Positions 19,432-28,527 of a DNA stretch of 64,000 bases are shown in pieces. The notes below the pieces were generated by a model. That model saw nothing but the letters and a program-made list of their open reading frames with translations. It did not search any database and had not been told where the DNA came from. Each line of letters opens with the position of its first letter. The stretch's first letter is position 1. The stretch comes from Rickettsiales bacterium (GTDB taxonomy: Bacteria > Pseudomonadota > Alphaproteobacteria > Methylaequorales > Methylaequoraceae): positions 14,838 through 78,837 of the forward strand of contig JAOOJU010000001.1 of NCBI GenBank assembly GCA_028407765.1. The letters run 5' to 3'. A program made the translations under genes and the position numbers.

Positions 19432-20346
19432 ATGAAGATATGGGTTGCAGGTCATAAAGGAATGGTTGGAAAGTCATTAACCGCCATTTTAAAAAAACAA
19501 TATAAAACAGTTCATACAAACTCTCGAAAAGAATTGGATTTGACTGATATGAATGCAGTCAGAAATTTTTTAAGTACAACAAAATTTGATTGGATATTTA
19601 TTACCGCAGGAAAGGTCGGAGGGATAGAAGCAAATATTAACTTCCCATTAGACTTCTTGTATGAAAACCTCATGATAAATAATAATATTTTAAGAGCTTC
19701 CTATGAAATGAAAATTAAAAAAGTTTTAGTTTTAGGTTCAAGCTGTATGTATCCAAAGAATGCCTCACAACCTATTAAAGAAAATTCAATCTTAACTGGC
19801 TCTGTTGAACCAACTAATGAGGGGTATGCGATTTCAAAAATTGTATCAACTAGGCTTGCAAAATTTTACTGTGAACAATTTAATTCTAATTTTATCTCCG
19901 TTATCCCCTCTGCAACTTTTGGCCCAAATGATAATTTCAATAATTCATTTAATCACGTAATTCCTGCTTTAATTAAAAAATTTCATAATGCTAAAGTAAA
20001 TAAAAGAAATTCTGTAGAGGTTTGGGGTAGTGGAAAGGCTCTTAGAGAGTTTTTATTCGTTGAAGACCTTGCTGAGGGCTTGATTTTTCTGATGAAAAAT
20101 TATAACGACCCTTCTCCTATAAATCTTGGATCAGGTGAAGAAATCACAATTCAAGGATTATCATATGAAATATCAAAAACTATTGGATATTCCGGGAAGA
20201 TAGTTTTTAATATTTCAAAACCTGAGGGTGTAAAACGTAAATTGCTTGATTCAAGTAAAATAAAAAAATTGGGCTGGAGACCTAAGTTTAATTTAAGGCA
20301 AGGTTTGCAGGTTACTTATGAAAAATTTAAAGAAAATAGTTTATGA
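19432..20346 (+). CDS. fcl: GDP-L-fucose synthase family (GDP-4-keto-6-deoxymannose 3,5-epimerase/4-reductase; Fcl/ColC-like)
   Basis: MKIWVAGHKGMVGKSL...ELDLTDMNAVRNFL is a typical Fcl/WcaG N-terminus. Length is 304 aa. Confidence 0.75.
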   Translation: MKIWVAGHKGMVGKSLTAILKKQYKTVHTNSRKELDLTDMNAVRNFLSTTKFDWIFITAGKVGGIEANINFPLDFLYENLMINNNILRASYEMKIKKVLVLGSSCMYPKNASQPIKENSILTGSVEPTNEGYAISKIVSTRLAKFYCEQFNSNFISVIPSATFGPNDNFNNSFNHVIPALIKKFHNAKVNKRNSVEVWGSGKALREFLFVEDLAEGLIFLMKNYNDPSPINLGSGEEITIQGLSYEISKTIGYSGKIVFNISKPEGVKRKLLDSSKIKKLGWRPKFNLRQGLQVTYEKFKENSL

Positions 20347-20373
20347 ATATATCTAAGTATAAGGCTTTTAATA

Positions 20374-21093
20374 ATGAATACATTTAAAAATACTGGTCAA
20401 GCTTTAAAAGAAAAAGGTTTTGAAATTATTCAAGATGTTTTAACTCATGAAGAATGTGATATTCTCATAAGTGATGCTCACTCTGTAGTAGAAAAAAATA
20501 GGGATGATATAAATAATTTCAGCCCAATTATGCACCCCCATAAAATCGAAGGAGACAATAATTTTTTAAAAATGATGAAAAAGAAAACCATAATTAGCTT
20601 GATAGAAAATATTATTAAAGGTCCAGTAATGGGGCTTCAAAGTCAATTTTTCTTTATGCCTCCTAACACTCCAGGGTTTCAACCTCATCAAGATGATTTT
20701 TATGTAAAATCTCAAGACCCAGAAGGTTTTGTTAGTTTATGGATCGCCCTTACAAAAATAAACAAACTGAATGGTCCTTTAAGCCTCTGGCCTGAGAGTC
20801 ATAAAAAAGGTATCTTTGAAGTTAGACGAAAAGAAATAAAAGAAAAAGAAAATACAGATAAAAATGGTTCAGAACTTTACTCAGTTATTCCTAAAGAGTT
20901 GACTGACTCTCAGGAGTTAGAAATTAATAGAGGAACTGGGGTTTTGTTACATAGCAGAGTACTTCATTCTTCCAGAAAAAATTTATCAAAAAGCTTTAGA
21001 TATGCTATTTTATATACATTTATTAGAGAAGGTCTTAAGTTTAATCCAGGATCTCATGCTAAAAGAGAGACTATCAAATTGGATTCAATATGA
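20374..21093 (+). CDS. Phytanoyl-CoA dioxygenase (PhyH) family Fe(II)/2-oxoglutarate oxygenase
   Basis: HQDDFYV (HxD) and distal LHSRVLHSS histidine. Length is 239 aa. Confidence 0.6.
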   Translation: MNTFKNTGQALKEKGFEIIQDVLTHEECDILISDAHSVVEKNRDDINNFSPIMHPHKIEGDNNFLKMMKKKTIISLIENIIKGPVMGLQSQFFFMPPNTPGFQPHQDDFYVKSQDPEGFVSLWIALTKINKLNGPLSLWPESHKKGIFEVRRKEIKEKENTDKNGSELYSVIPKELTDSQELEINRGTGVLLHSRVLHSSRKNLSKSFRYAILYTFIREGLKFNPGSHAKRETIKLDSI

Positions 21094-21986
21094 AGAAACC
21101 TAATATCGGTCATATGGGAATAACTCCGACTTTTAAAAGTAAGAAAGATCAAAGATCTTTTATTAAGGATTGGAATAATTCAGATGTGATGAAAAAGATT
21201 TTTAAAAAAGACTTCATTTTTGGATCTTTTGACTTTAATAGGTTTAACTTTCAAAAAATCATAATAGAAGAACTCTTAAATTTAAAGATAGTTGCTCCAG
21301 ATAGTTTTAAAGAAATTGACTCCAATCTAGCAAATCTTCATAAAATTATTCCACAAAAAGATAAAGAAATTGATGACAATGAAATTAATAATATTAGTAA
21401 ACTATTTTATACAAATAATAAAAGCTTCTTGAATATGTATAAGTCTTTTCTTGAAGAAGTTATTGCACCTTTATTTCCTGATAGAATATATTTTCAAAAA
21501 CAACCTACTATCAGATTTAATTTTCCTTCATCTCAATCATTAAAATATAATAAAAGATTTCATTCAGATATTATGCTAGGTCATCCACCAAAAGAGATAA
21601 ATTTATGGTTTAGTTTGACGGATGCATTTTCCTCTAATTCATTAAGGTTTATCAATCTGGAGAGAAGTAAGTTATTTTTTGATGAATGTAAGAGTAGTTA
21701 TGATATTTTAGCCGAAAAAGTTCAATACGATGAAGAATTTAAAAAGAAACTTGACCTTAAGTCACATTCAATCGACATGAAGTATGGTCAATACTTTTTA
21801 TTTGACTCAAGGTGCCTGCATTGTACCCAAAGAAATACTACAAATAAAACTAGAATAAGTATCGACATAAGAGTAATTCAGGATGTTGATTATAAATCTT
21901 TATCAAGAAAATATATTGGGACAGGGAGAAGAAAGAGTGAATTTAAACCAGGAGATTACTATCATTCAAAAAGACTAAAGTTATAA
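21090..21986 (+). CDS. Hypothetical protein, possible second Fe(II)/2OG oxygenase
   Basis: HSDIMLGHPP (HxD) with a later CLHCT histidine. Its start overlaps the preceding gene (ATGA). The call is weak. Confidence 0.3.
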   Translation: MKKPNIGHMGITPTFKSKKDQRSFIKDWNNSDVMKKIFKKDFIFGSFDFNRFNFQKIIIEELLNLKIVAPDSFKEIDSNLANLHKIIPQKDKEIDDNEINNISKLFYTNNKSFLNMYKSFLEEVIAPLFPDRIYFQKQPTIRFNFPSSQSLKYNKRFHSDIMLGHPPKEINLWFSLTDAFSSNSLRFINLERSKLFFDECKSSYDILAEKVQYDEEFKKKLDLKSHSIDMKYGQYFLFDSRCLHCTQRNTTNKTRISIDIRVIQDVDYKSLSRKYIGTGRRKSEFKPGDYYHSKRLKL

Positions 21987-22160
21987 TTATAATCAAATAA
22001 AAATATTATTCTTTTAGTGAAATATTTAGCTTATTTATCAGGAATATAGTATTAATTAATAAACTCACCTGTAGAATGCTTATTTTAGAACAATGTGTTA
22101 TTAAGTTAAAATTATTCTTAGATGAACGTGATTTATATGTACCTTAAATAAAATACTTGC

Positions 22161-23102
22161 ATGGTTAAAAAAAAATTTGATTTTGAATTAGCGTATTATA
22201 AATACAGGAAAATTCGTAGGACTGAAGAAAAAATAATAGAAATTTATGATACTGATAAAATTAAAAGTCCAGTTCATTTATCAATTGGTCAAGAGTCTAT
22301 TGCAGTAGGTTGTTCTTTAGCGACATCAAAAGATGACGTAATTTTCAGCAATTACAGAGGTCATGCACATTTTATAGCACACGATGGAAACTATAAAGCC
22401 TTTTGGTGTGAACTTTTCGGAAAGTCAGGAGGACTCTCATCAGGCAAAGCAGGTTCTATGCACCTAGGCGATTTAAATGCAAATTTTATGTTTACTTCTG
22501 CAATAGTAGCTAGTTCAGTTTCTGAAGCAGTGGGTTATGCTCTGGCCATAAAAATGAAGAATTATAAAAAAAATGTTATTTGTTATCATGGCGATGGCGC
22601 GATGGATGAAGGTGTATATTGGGAATCAATAAATTTTGCCACACTAAAAAAGCTTCCGATACTTTTCATTTGTGAAAATAATAAATATGCTATTTACTCT
22701 CATCAAAAAGATAGAATGACAAATGAAAACACAATTCAGAGGGTTAAAAGTTTTGGTATAAAAGCAAGAAAAGTGAAGAATCAGACCTTGTCTATTTATA
22801 CAGAGGTTAAAAATGCGTTAAATAAAATTAAAAAAAGAAATGAGGTTTGGTATTTGGAAATACCCACTACAAGAATTAATGATCATGTAGGAATACAAAA
22901 TGATTCATACCTCAAATATAGAAACCCTAGAATTATTGATGAAGCAATTAGGAAGGATGATTTAAAAAATTTAAGAAAAAAAGTTAAAAATCCCAATCTA
23001 GTTGATATTAGAATTGAGCAAGAAATTAATCAAGCAATTGATTTTGCTGAAAATGACAAATTTCCAAATAAAAAAGATCTTTTTAAAAATGTTTTAGCCT
23101 AA
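22161..23102 (+). CDS. Thiamine-diphosphate-dependent dehydrogenase E1 component, alpha subunit (PDH/acetoin-DH E1-alpha family)
   Basis: SIGQESIAVGCSLA...YRGHAHFIAHDG and the ThDP-binding region GDGAMDEGVYWESINFA. Confidence 0.7.
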   Translation: MVKKKFDFELAYYKYRKIRRTEEKIIEIYDTDKIKSPVHLSIGQESIAVGCSLATSKDDVIFSNYRGHAHFIAHDGNYKAFWCELFGKSGGLSSGKAGSMHLGDLNANFMFTSAIVASSVSEAVGYALAIKMKNYKKNVICYHGDGAMDEGVYWESINFATLKKLPILFICENNKYAIYSHQKDRMTNENTIQRVKSFGIKARKVKNQTLSIYTEVKNALNKIKKRNEVWYLEIPTTRINDHVGIQNDSYLKYRNPRIIDEAIRKDDLKNLRKKVKNPNLVDIRIEQEINQAIDFAENDKFPNKKDLFKNVLA

Positions 23103-23103
23103 A

Positions 23104-24159
23104 ATGAAGAAAAAAAGTAAACAATTGAATTATGGTGAAGCTATTTATGAAGGTTTATATCAATCTATGTTAAAAAACTCTGATATTTTTATTTATGGAC
23201 AAGGTGTAGATGATCCAAAGGGTCATTATGGTACAACTAAAAATCTGCATACTATTTTTGGAAAATCGAGATGTTTTGATACCCCAATTTCTGAAGATAG
23301 TTTGACCGGAATCGGAATAGGTGCAGCTCTGGCAGGTTTGAGACCAATATTTGTTCACCAAAGAATGGATTTCTTAATGCTATGTATGAACCAATTGATA
23401 AATATGGCTTCAAAAATTCATTATATTTCAGATGGAAAACAGAAAGTTCCATTTGTTGTAAGAGCATCAATAGGTCGAAGTTGGGGACAGGGTGCTCAAC
23501 ATAGTCAATCATTGTACTCTTTTTTTGCCCACGTGCCAGGACTCAAAGTTGTTGCTCCAACCACTCCCTATGATGCCAAGGGTACGATGATTTCAGCAAT
23601 TAAAGATGATAATCCAGTTATATTTGTAGAACATAGGATGCTTTATAAAAATATTGGGTATGTTCCAGATGACACATATGAAGTAAGAATAGGAAAGGCT
23701 AGACTTATTTGTAAAGGAAGTGATGTTACTTTATTAGGTGTTAGTTTTACTGTTACTGATTGTTTGAAAGCCAAAGATCTTTTGCTAGAGAAAAATATAA
23801 AGGCAGAAGTTATCGATCTTTTATCAATTGCACCTATTGATTTTGTTACAATTAAGAAATCAATAAAAAAAACAAAAAAAATAATCATTGTTGATAATGA
23901 TTGGCAAAATTGTGGTATTGCATCTGAGATATTAGCACGTATTTTTGAAACTATAGATCCAAATGAAGAAAATATTATAGGAAAAAGGTTAGGATATAAG
24001 TTTACACCTTGTCCAACAACAAGGTGTTTAGAGGATGAATTCTATCCTTCTCCTAAATCCATTGCTTTTGAAGCCTATAAAATGGTTACTAATAAAATTG
24101 ATTGGGTTCCAAGGGAAATTGAAAGTTCTGAAATTAAAGAGTTCAAAGGGCCATTTTAG
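23104..24159 (+). CDS. ThDP-dependent E1 component beta subunit (transketolase-like C-terminal)
   Basis: NYGEAIYEGL...YGQGVDDPKGHYGTTKNL is a typical E1-beta N-terminus. It sits immediately after the alpha subunit. Confidence 0.7.
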   Translation: MKKKSKQLNYGEAIYEGLYQSMLKNSDIFIYGQGVDDPKGHYGTTKNLHTIFGKSRCFDTPISEDSLTGIGIGAALAGLRPIFVHQRMDFLMLCMNQLINMASKIHYISDGKQKVPFVVRASIGRSWGQGAQHSQSLYSFFAHVPGLKVVAPTTPYDAKGTMISAIKDDNPVIFVEHRMLYKNIGYVPDDTYEVRIGKARLICKGSDVTLLGVSFTVTDCLKAKDLLLEKNIKAEVIDLLSIAPIDFVTIKKSIKKTKKIIIVDNDWQNCGIASEILARIFETIDPNEENIIGKRLGYKFTPCPTTRCLEDEFYPSPKSIAFEAYKMVTNKIDWVPREIESSEIKEFKGPF

Positions 24160-25427
24160 TGAAAAAAAATCAGTTATATAAAGCTATACAAAAAAAATGG
24201 GAAAAGAAAAATAGAGAGCATAACTTTCTTAAAAAAAAAGACTTGGAAGTAAAATTACATCAACCAACTTTTGGAGTGGATGAAATAACTGCTTTTACAG
24301 AACAGATGATAACAACAAATGTGACTATGGGAAAGGAAGTAGAAAACTTTGAAAACAATTATAGTAACTATTTAAAAACAAAGTATTCCGTTTCAAGTAA
24401 TTCAGGCTCATCTGCAAATCTTTTGATGATTGCAGCACTCTGTAACCATTATAATAAAGATAAACTAAATTTTGGAGATGAGGTTATTATTCCAGCTTTA
24501 ACATGGTCTACTACTATGTTTCCTCTCACACAATACGGTTTAAAACCTGTTTTTGTTGATTGTGATTTAAAAACCTTAAATATAGATCTTAATAAAATTG
24601 AAGGTGCTATTGGTCCTAAAACTAGAGCAATTTTTATTGTACATATTTATGGTAATCCCTGCGATATGTCTGGTATTATTTCAATCTGCAAAAAGTATAA
24701 TTTACTTTTAATTGAAGACTCATGTGAGTCAATGGGAGCATACTTCAATAAATCTCCTGTAGGTAGTTTTGGTTTAATGAGTAGTTTTAGTTTCTATTTT
24801 TCACATCATATAACATGTATGGAAGGAGGGATAACAGTTACAAAAGATAAAAGCTTATTTGAATCAATGAAAATGATAAGATCTCATGGATGGATAAGAA
24901 ATATAAAAAATAAGGCTAAATGGAAAAAAATGGGTCCTAATATTGACCCTAAATTTTTATTTGTTAATGAGGGTTATAATTTAAGACTAACAGAACCACA
25001 AGCAGTTATGGCGTCTATTCAATTAAAAAAATTAGACTTGTTTGTAAAAAAGAGAAGAAAAGCAGCAACATATTATAAAAAGAGATTTAAAGAATTTGAA
25101 GATAACTTTTTCTACCAAAATGAAACAAGAAATGCTTATCATTCATGGTTCGGGTTTCCAATCACAATAAAAAATAGAAAAATTAAATGTAAAATTTTAT
25201 GTGATTACTTAAACAGAAATGGAATTGAAACTAGGGCAGTTGTTTCAGGAAATTTGGCCAAACAGCCCGTTACAAAACTTTATCCAAATAGAGTAAGTGG
25301 AAAGTTAGAAAATGTGAATTATATTATGAATAACTCCTTTTCCATTGGGTGTCATCAAGATATTACTTATAATGAAATAGATTATGTATATATGAAAATT
25401 AAACGATTTCTGAAGAAAACCCTATGA
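24159..25427 (+). CDS. DegT/DnrJ/EryC1/StrS-family PLP enzyme with Lys-to-His active-site substitution; predicted GDP-4-keto-6-deoxy-D-mannose 3-dehydratase (ColD-like)
   Basis: The motif is SFSFYFSHHITCMEGG. The position six residues before EGG, which holds the Schiff-base Lys in aminotransferases, is His here, as in ColD/E1 3-dehydratases. It overlaps gmd (ATGA). Confidence 0.65.
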   Translation: MKKNQLYKAIQKKWEKKNREHNFLKKKDLEVKLHQPTFGVDEITAFTEQMITTNVTMGKEVENFENNYSNYLKTKYSVSSNSGSSANLLMIAALCNHYNKDKLNFGDEVIIPALTWSTTMFPLTQYGLKPVFVDCDLKTLNIDLNKIEGAIGPKTRAIFIVHIYGNPCDMSGIISICKKYNLLLIEDSCESMGAYFNKSPVGSFGLMSSFSFYFSHHITCMEGGITVTKDKSLFESMKMIRSHGWIRNIKNKAKWKKMGPNIDPKFLFVNEGYNLRLTEPQAVMASIQLKKLDLFVKKRRKAATYYKKRFKEFEDNFFYQNETRNAYHSWFGFPITIKNRKIKCKILCDYLNRNGIETRAVVSGNLAKQPVTKLYPNRVSGKLENVNYIMNNSFSIGCHQDITYNEIDYVYMKIKRFLKKTL

Positions 25428-26437
25428 AAAAAAGAGTTTTAATTACCGGCATCACTGGAATGGTTGGCTCTCATTTACTTGATTTTTTGTATGAAAATAC
25501 TGACTGGGATTTATTTGGTTTAATAAGATGGAGAAGTCCACTTGAAAATATACAAGAGCACTTAAATAATATAAATCACAAAAAACGTATTTTCCTAGAA
25601 TATGGAGATATTAGAGATACTCAGTCGGTAAATGAAATTATTAAAAGTGTAAAACCTGATTATGTATTTCATCTTGCTGCTCAAAGCTTTCCAAAAACAA
25701 GTTTTTCCAGTCCCCTAGATACTTATGAAACAAACATCAAAGGAACTACTAATGTATTGGAATCGATTAAAAACTATTCAAATAAAGCAAAGGTTCATAT
25801 TTGTTCTTCATCTGAAGTCTTTGGCAGAGTTAAAGCGGAAGCTATCCCAATCAAAGAAGATACAAATTTTCACCCTGCTTCACCATATGCTATATCTAAA
25901 GTTGGTACAGATTTAATTGGAAGGTTCTATGCTGAAGCTTATAAAATGTGTGTAATTACAACAAGGATGTTTACACATACTGGTCCCAGAAGAGGTGATG
26001 TTTTTGCAGAATCAAGTTTTGCAAAACAGATTGCTCTCGCTGAAGCTGGTCTGAGTGACGATATAATTTATGTTGGCAATCTAGATAGTTTAAGAACTAT
26101 TGCTGATGTTAGAGATGCTGTTAAAGCTTATTTTATGCTTCTAACAGTAAATCCAATTAGTGGCGAATACTATAATATTGGTGGGAGCCATACTGTTAAA
26201 ATTTCAGAACTATTAAATGACCTTATTGGTCTATCAACTAAGAAGGATAAATTAAAAATTAAAGTAGACTCTGATAGATTAAGACCGATTGATGCTGATC
26301 TTCAAGTTCCAGATATAGAAAAATTTAAAAAACATACTGGTTGGAAACCAATAATTAAATACGAACAAACATTAATTGACTTGTTAAATTATTGGCGTAA
26401 TGTGGTAGCATCCAAGGGCATACAATTAAAAAGATAA
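25424..26437 (+). CDS. gmd: GDP-mannose 4,6-dehydratase
   Basis: KRVLITGITGMVGSHLLDFL and CSSSEVFG...PASPYAISK, the T/E/YxxxK catalytic region of Gmd-type dehydratases. Confidence 0.7.
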   Translation: MKKRVLITGITGMVGSHLLDFLYENTDWDLFGLIRWRSPLENIQEHLNNINHKKRIFLEYGDIRDTQSVNEIIKSVKPDYVFHLAAQSFPKTSFSSPLDTYETNIKGTTNVLESIKNYSNKAKVHICSSSEVFGRVKAEAIPIKEDTNFHPASPYAISKVGTDLIGRFYAEAYKMCVITTRMFTHTGPRRGDVFAESSFAKQIALAEAGLSDDIIYVGNLDSLRTIADVRDAVKAYFMLLTVNPISGEYYNIGGSHTVKISELLNDLIGLSTKKDKLKIKVDSDRLRPIDADLQVPDIEKFKKHTGWKPIIKYEQTLIDLLNYWRNVVASKGIQLKR

Positions 26438-26462
26438 ATTTAATAATAAGGTTGTATTACAC

Positions 26463-27434
26463 ATGATTATTGTAAGATCTCCTCTACGAGTCTCGTTTTT
26501 TGGTGGAGGAACTGATTATGAAAAATGGTTTTCAAAAAATAAAGGAGCCTTCTTATCAATGGCAGTTGATAAGTATTGTTTCGCTGTAATAAAATATACA
26601 ATTCATCTATCAAACTTTAATTTCAGGGTATCATGGAAACAAGTAGAAGAAGTAAATCAGATTGAAAAAATCAGACAACCAATAGTAAGAGAAGTTCTCA
26701 AATATTTCGACTATAGGAAATCAGCTGAATATTTTTATATGGCTGATGTCCCAGCACAATCTGGTTTAGGCTCAAGTGCTTCTTATACTGTTGCGATGAT
26801 AAAAGCGATATCATCAATCAAGAAAATTAGTTTGACAAAAACAGAAATTGCGAATACTGCATACATAATCGAAAAAGAAAAATTACAGGAAAATACGGGG
26901 ATTCAAGATTCAATTGCTTCTACTTTTGGGGGCTTTAATTTTGTTGAGATTGAAAAGGATAAAAGCTTTAAAGTAACAAACTGTAATTTAAGTAAAGAGT
27001 TTAAAGAAAAATTCTTAGAAAGAATCCTTATAGTTTTTACAGGAATTCAAAGATCCTCATCAAAACAAGCTGGTAAAACTTTAAGTGCAATGGAGAGTAA
27101 TAATGAAAAATTTAAGAAAATTTATGATATGACCTATGAGGGTTTTAAAATTCTAAAGTCATTAGATTTAGATTCCTTCGGCAAACTTATTGATGAAGCA
27201 TGGAAGATCAAATCTTCTTTGAATAAAAGTATGTCAAATTTAAAAATAGATGAATTATATGAGTTTTCAAAAAAAGAAGGTGCATTAGGAATGAAACTTT
27301 TAGGTGCTGGAGGTGGTGGTTTCGCGGTAATTTTCTTTAAAGAGGGGAAAAAAGAATCGTTTAAGAAAAAAATAAAGAAATATAAGTTCATAGAAGTAAG
27401 TATGGATGAAGAAGGTACCAAAATAATTGAATGA
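26463..27434 (+). CDS. GHMP-family sugar kinase (D-glycero-D-manno-heptose 7-phosphate kinase HddA-like)
   Basis: MADVPAQSGLGSSASYTVAM (GHMP motif 2) and C-terminal LGAGGGGF. Confidence 0.65.
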   Translation: MIIVRSPLRVSFFGGGTDYEKWFSKNKGAFLSMAVDKYCFAVIKYTIHLSNFNFRVSWKQVEEVNQIEKIRQPIVREVLKYFDYRKSAEYFYMADVPAQSGLGSSASYTVAMIKAISSIKKISLTKTEIANTAYIIEKEKLQENTGIQDSIASTFGGFNFVEIEKDKSFKVTNCNLSKEFKEKFLERILIVFTGIQRSSSKQAGKTLSAMESNNEKFKKIYDMTYEGFKILKSLDLDSFGKLIDEAWKIKSSLNKSMSNLKIDELYEFSKKEGALGMKLLGAGGGGFAVIFFKEGKKESFKKKIKKYKFIEVSMDEEGTKIIE

Positions 27435-27593
27435 ACTATTTGGCATTACTAAACTAGATTCTTATTTATATGAATTCATTAATCTTGTTTAATAACTTTT
27501 AATGAATAATAACTTTGCTCAAAATGTTAATCAAAATTTATAAATAAGTAACATAGTTTCTTCAAATATTCTTAATTTCTATAGAAAAATATT

Positions 27594-28418
27594 TTAATTA
27601 GAGGTAAGACCATCTCTAACGAAAAAAACATCGAACATTGCAGTAGCATTTCTTCCTGACTCATATTGTGGGTGTGCTACTCCTGCCAAACGGTATCCAT
27701 ATGGAAACAGAGAGTTTTCGTAATCTGAAAAATATACTTTCCTATCAAGATAATGTTCAGTAGATATAAATTCAGAAAAAATGACATCTATTTTATTTTC
27801 TTGAAGTGTTTTTTTGGCACCTTTCAAACAATCAATCTCAAATCCCTCCAGATCTATCTTTAATAATTGTATTTTTTCTATATCATTGTCTTGGACAAAT
27901 TTATCGATTGATATTACTGGAATCTTTTGTTTTCCCAAAATAAAATCTTTTTTTGTTGCATTCGGATTTTTCTTCCGCATAAATTCTATGTATTGTTTAA
28001 CCAAATCAGAATCCAGATTAGCTTCATAGAAACTAGACATTGTCCTTTTAGCATAACGGTAAAAAGTTAATTCATCTTGCTTTGACCCTAAACCAATTGG
28101 ATAAGAGTTCAGTTTTGCATTGGGAAATACTTTCGATAATATATCAACGTTTCTGTCAAGTATTTCATATATTTCTGGATTAGGCTCAAAACTATAAATA
28201 GTTGCATTAGGAAAAAAATTTACAAAAGTAGCAAGAGTGGCACCAGTATGAGCACCTCCATCTATAATTGTAGGCTTATCTGTTTTTAAATACGGTTTAA
28301 TTAATTCAACATCACTTATTCTACTGATTATATTTCTTGTTGGAATAGTTGTAGAGTGAAAATATAGTTTTTTTAACCCTAATTTAACCATTAGCCTATT
28401 AGCAAATTTTTTCAGCAT
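27594..28418 (-). CDS. FkbM-family SAM-dependent methyltransferase
   Basis: IIDGGAHTGATLATFVNFFP is the FkbM motif. Confidence 0.65.
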   Translation of the reverse strand: MLKKFANRLMVKLGLKKLYFHSTTIPTRNIISRISDVELIKPYLKTDKPTIIDGGAHTGATLATFVNFFPNATIYSFEPNPEIYEILDRNVDILSKVFPNAKLNSYPIGLGSKQDELTFYRYAKRTMSSFYEANLDSDLVKQYIEFMRKKNPNATKKDFILGKQKIPVISIDKFVQDNDIEKIQLLKIDLEGFEIDCLKGAKKTLQENKIDVIFSEFISTEHYLDRKVYFSDYENSLFPYGYRLAGVAHPQYESGRNATAMFDVFFVRDGLTSN

Positions 28419-28527
28419 ATTTTTTTATCCCTCTCGACAATTAAAAATCGCCAGTTTATTCTGATACTTAAGAAACTTTTGTCAAAGAATTTTTTCTTAA
28501 TAATTATCATAATTTTAAAAACTAAAT

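Noticed and set aside
23170-23888. Minus-strand ORFs inside the E1-beta gene (23170-23361, 23252-23512, 23643-23888) and similar ones inside other island genes (27134-27421, 27814-28029, 30803-30994, 32995-33195)
   Set aside because: They are antisense to confident CDSs. Random ORFs in AT-rich antisense frames.
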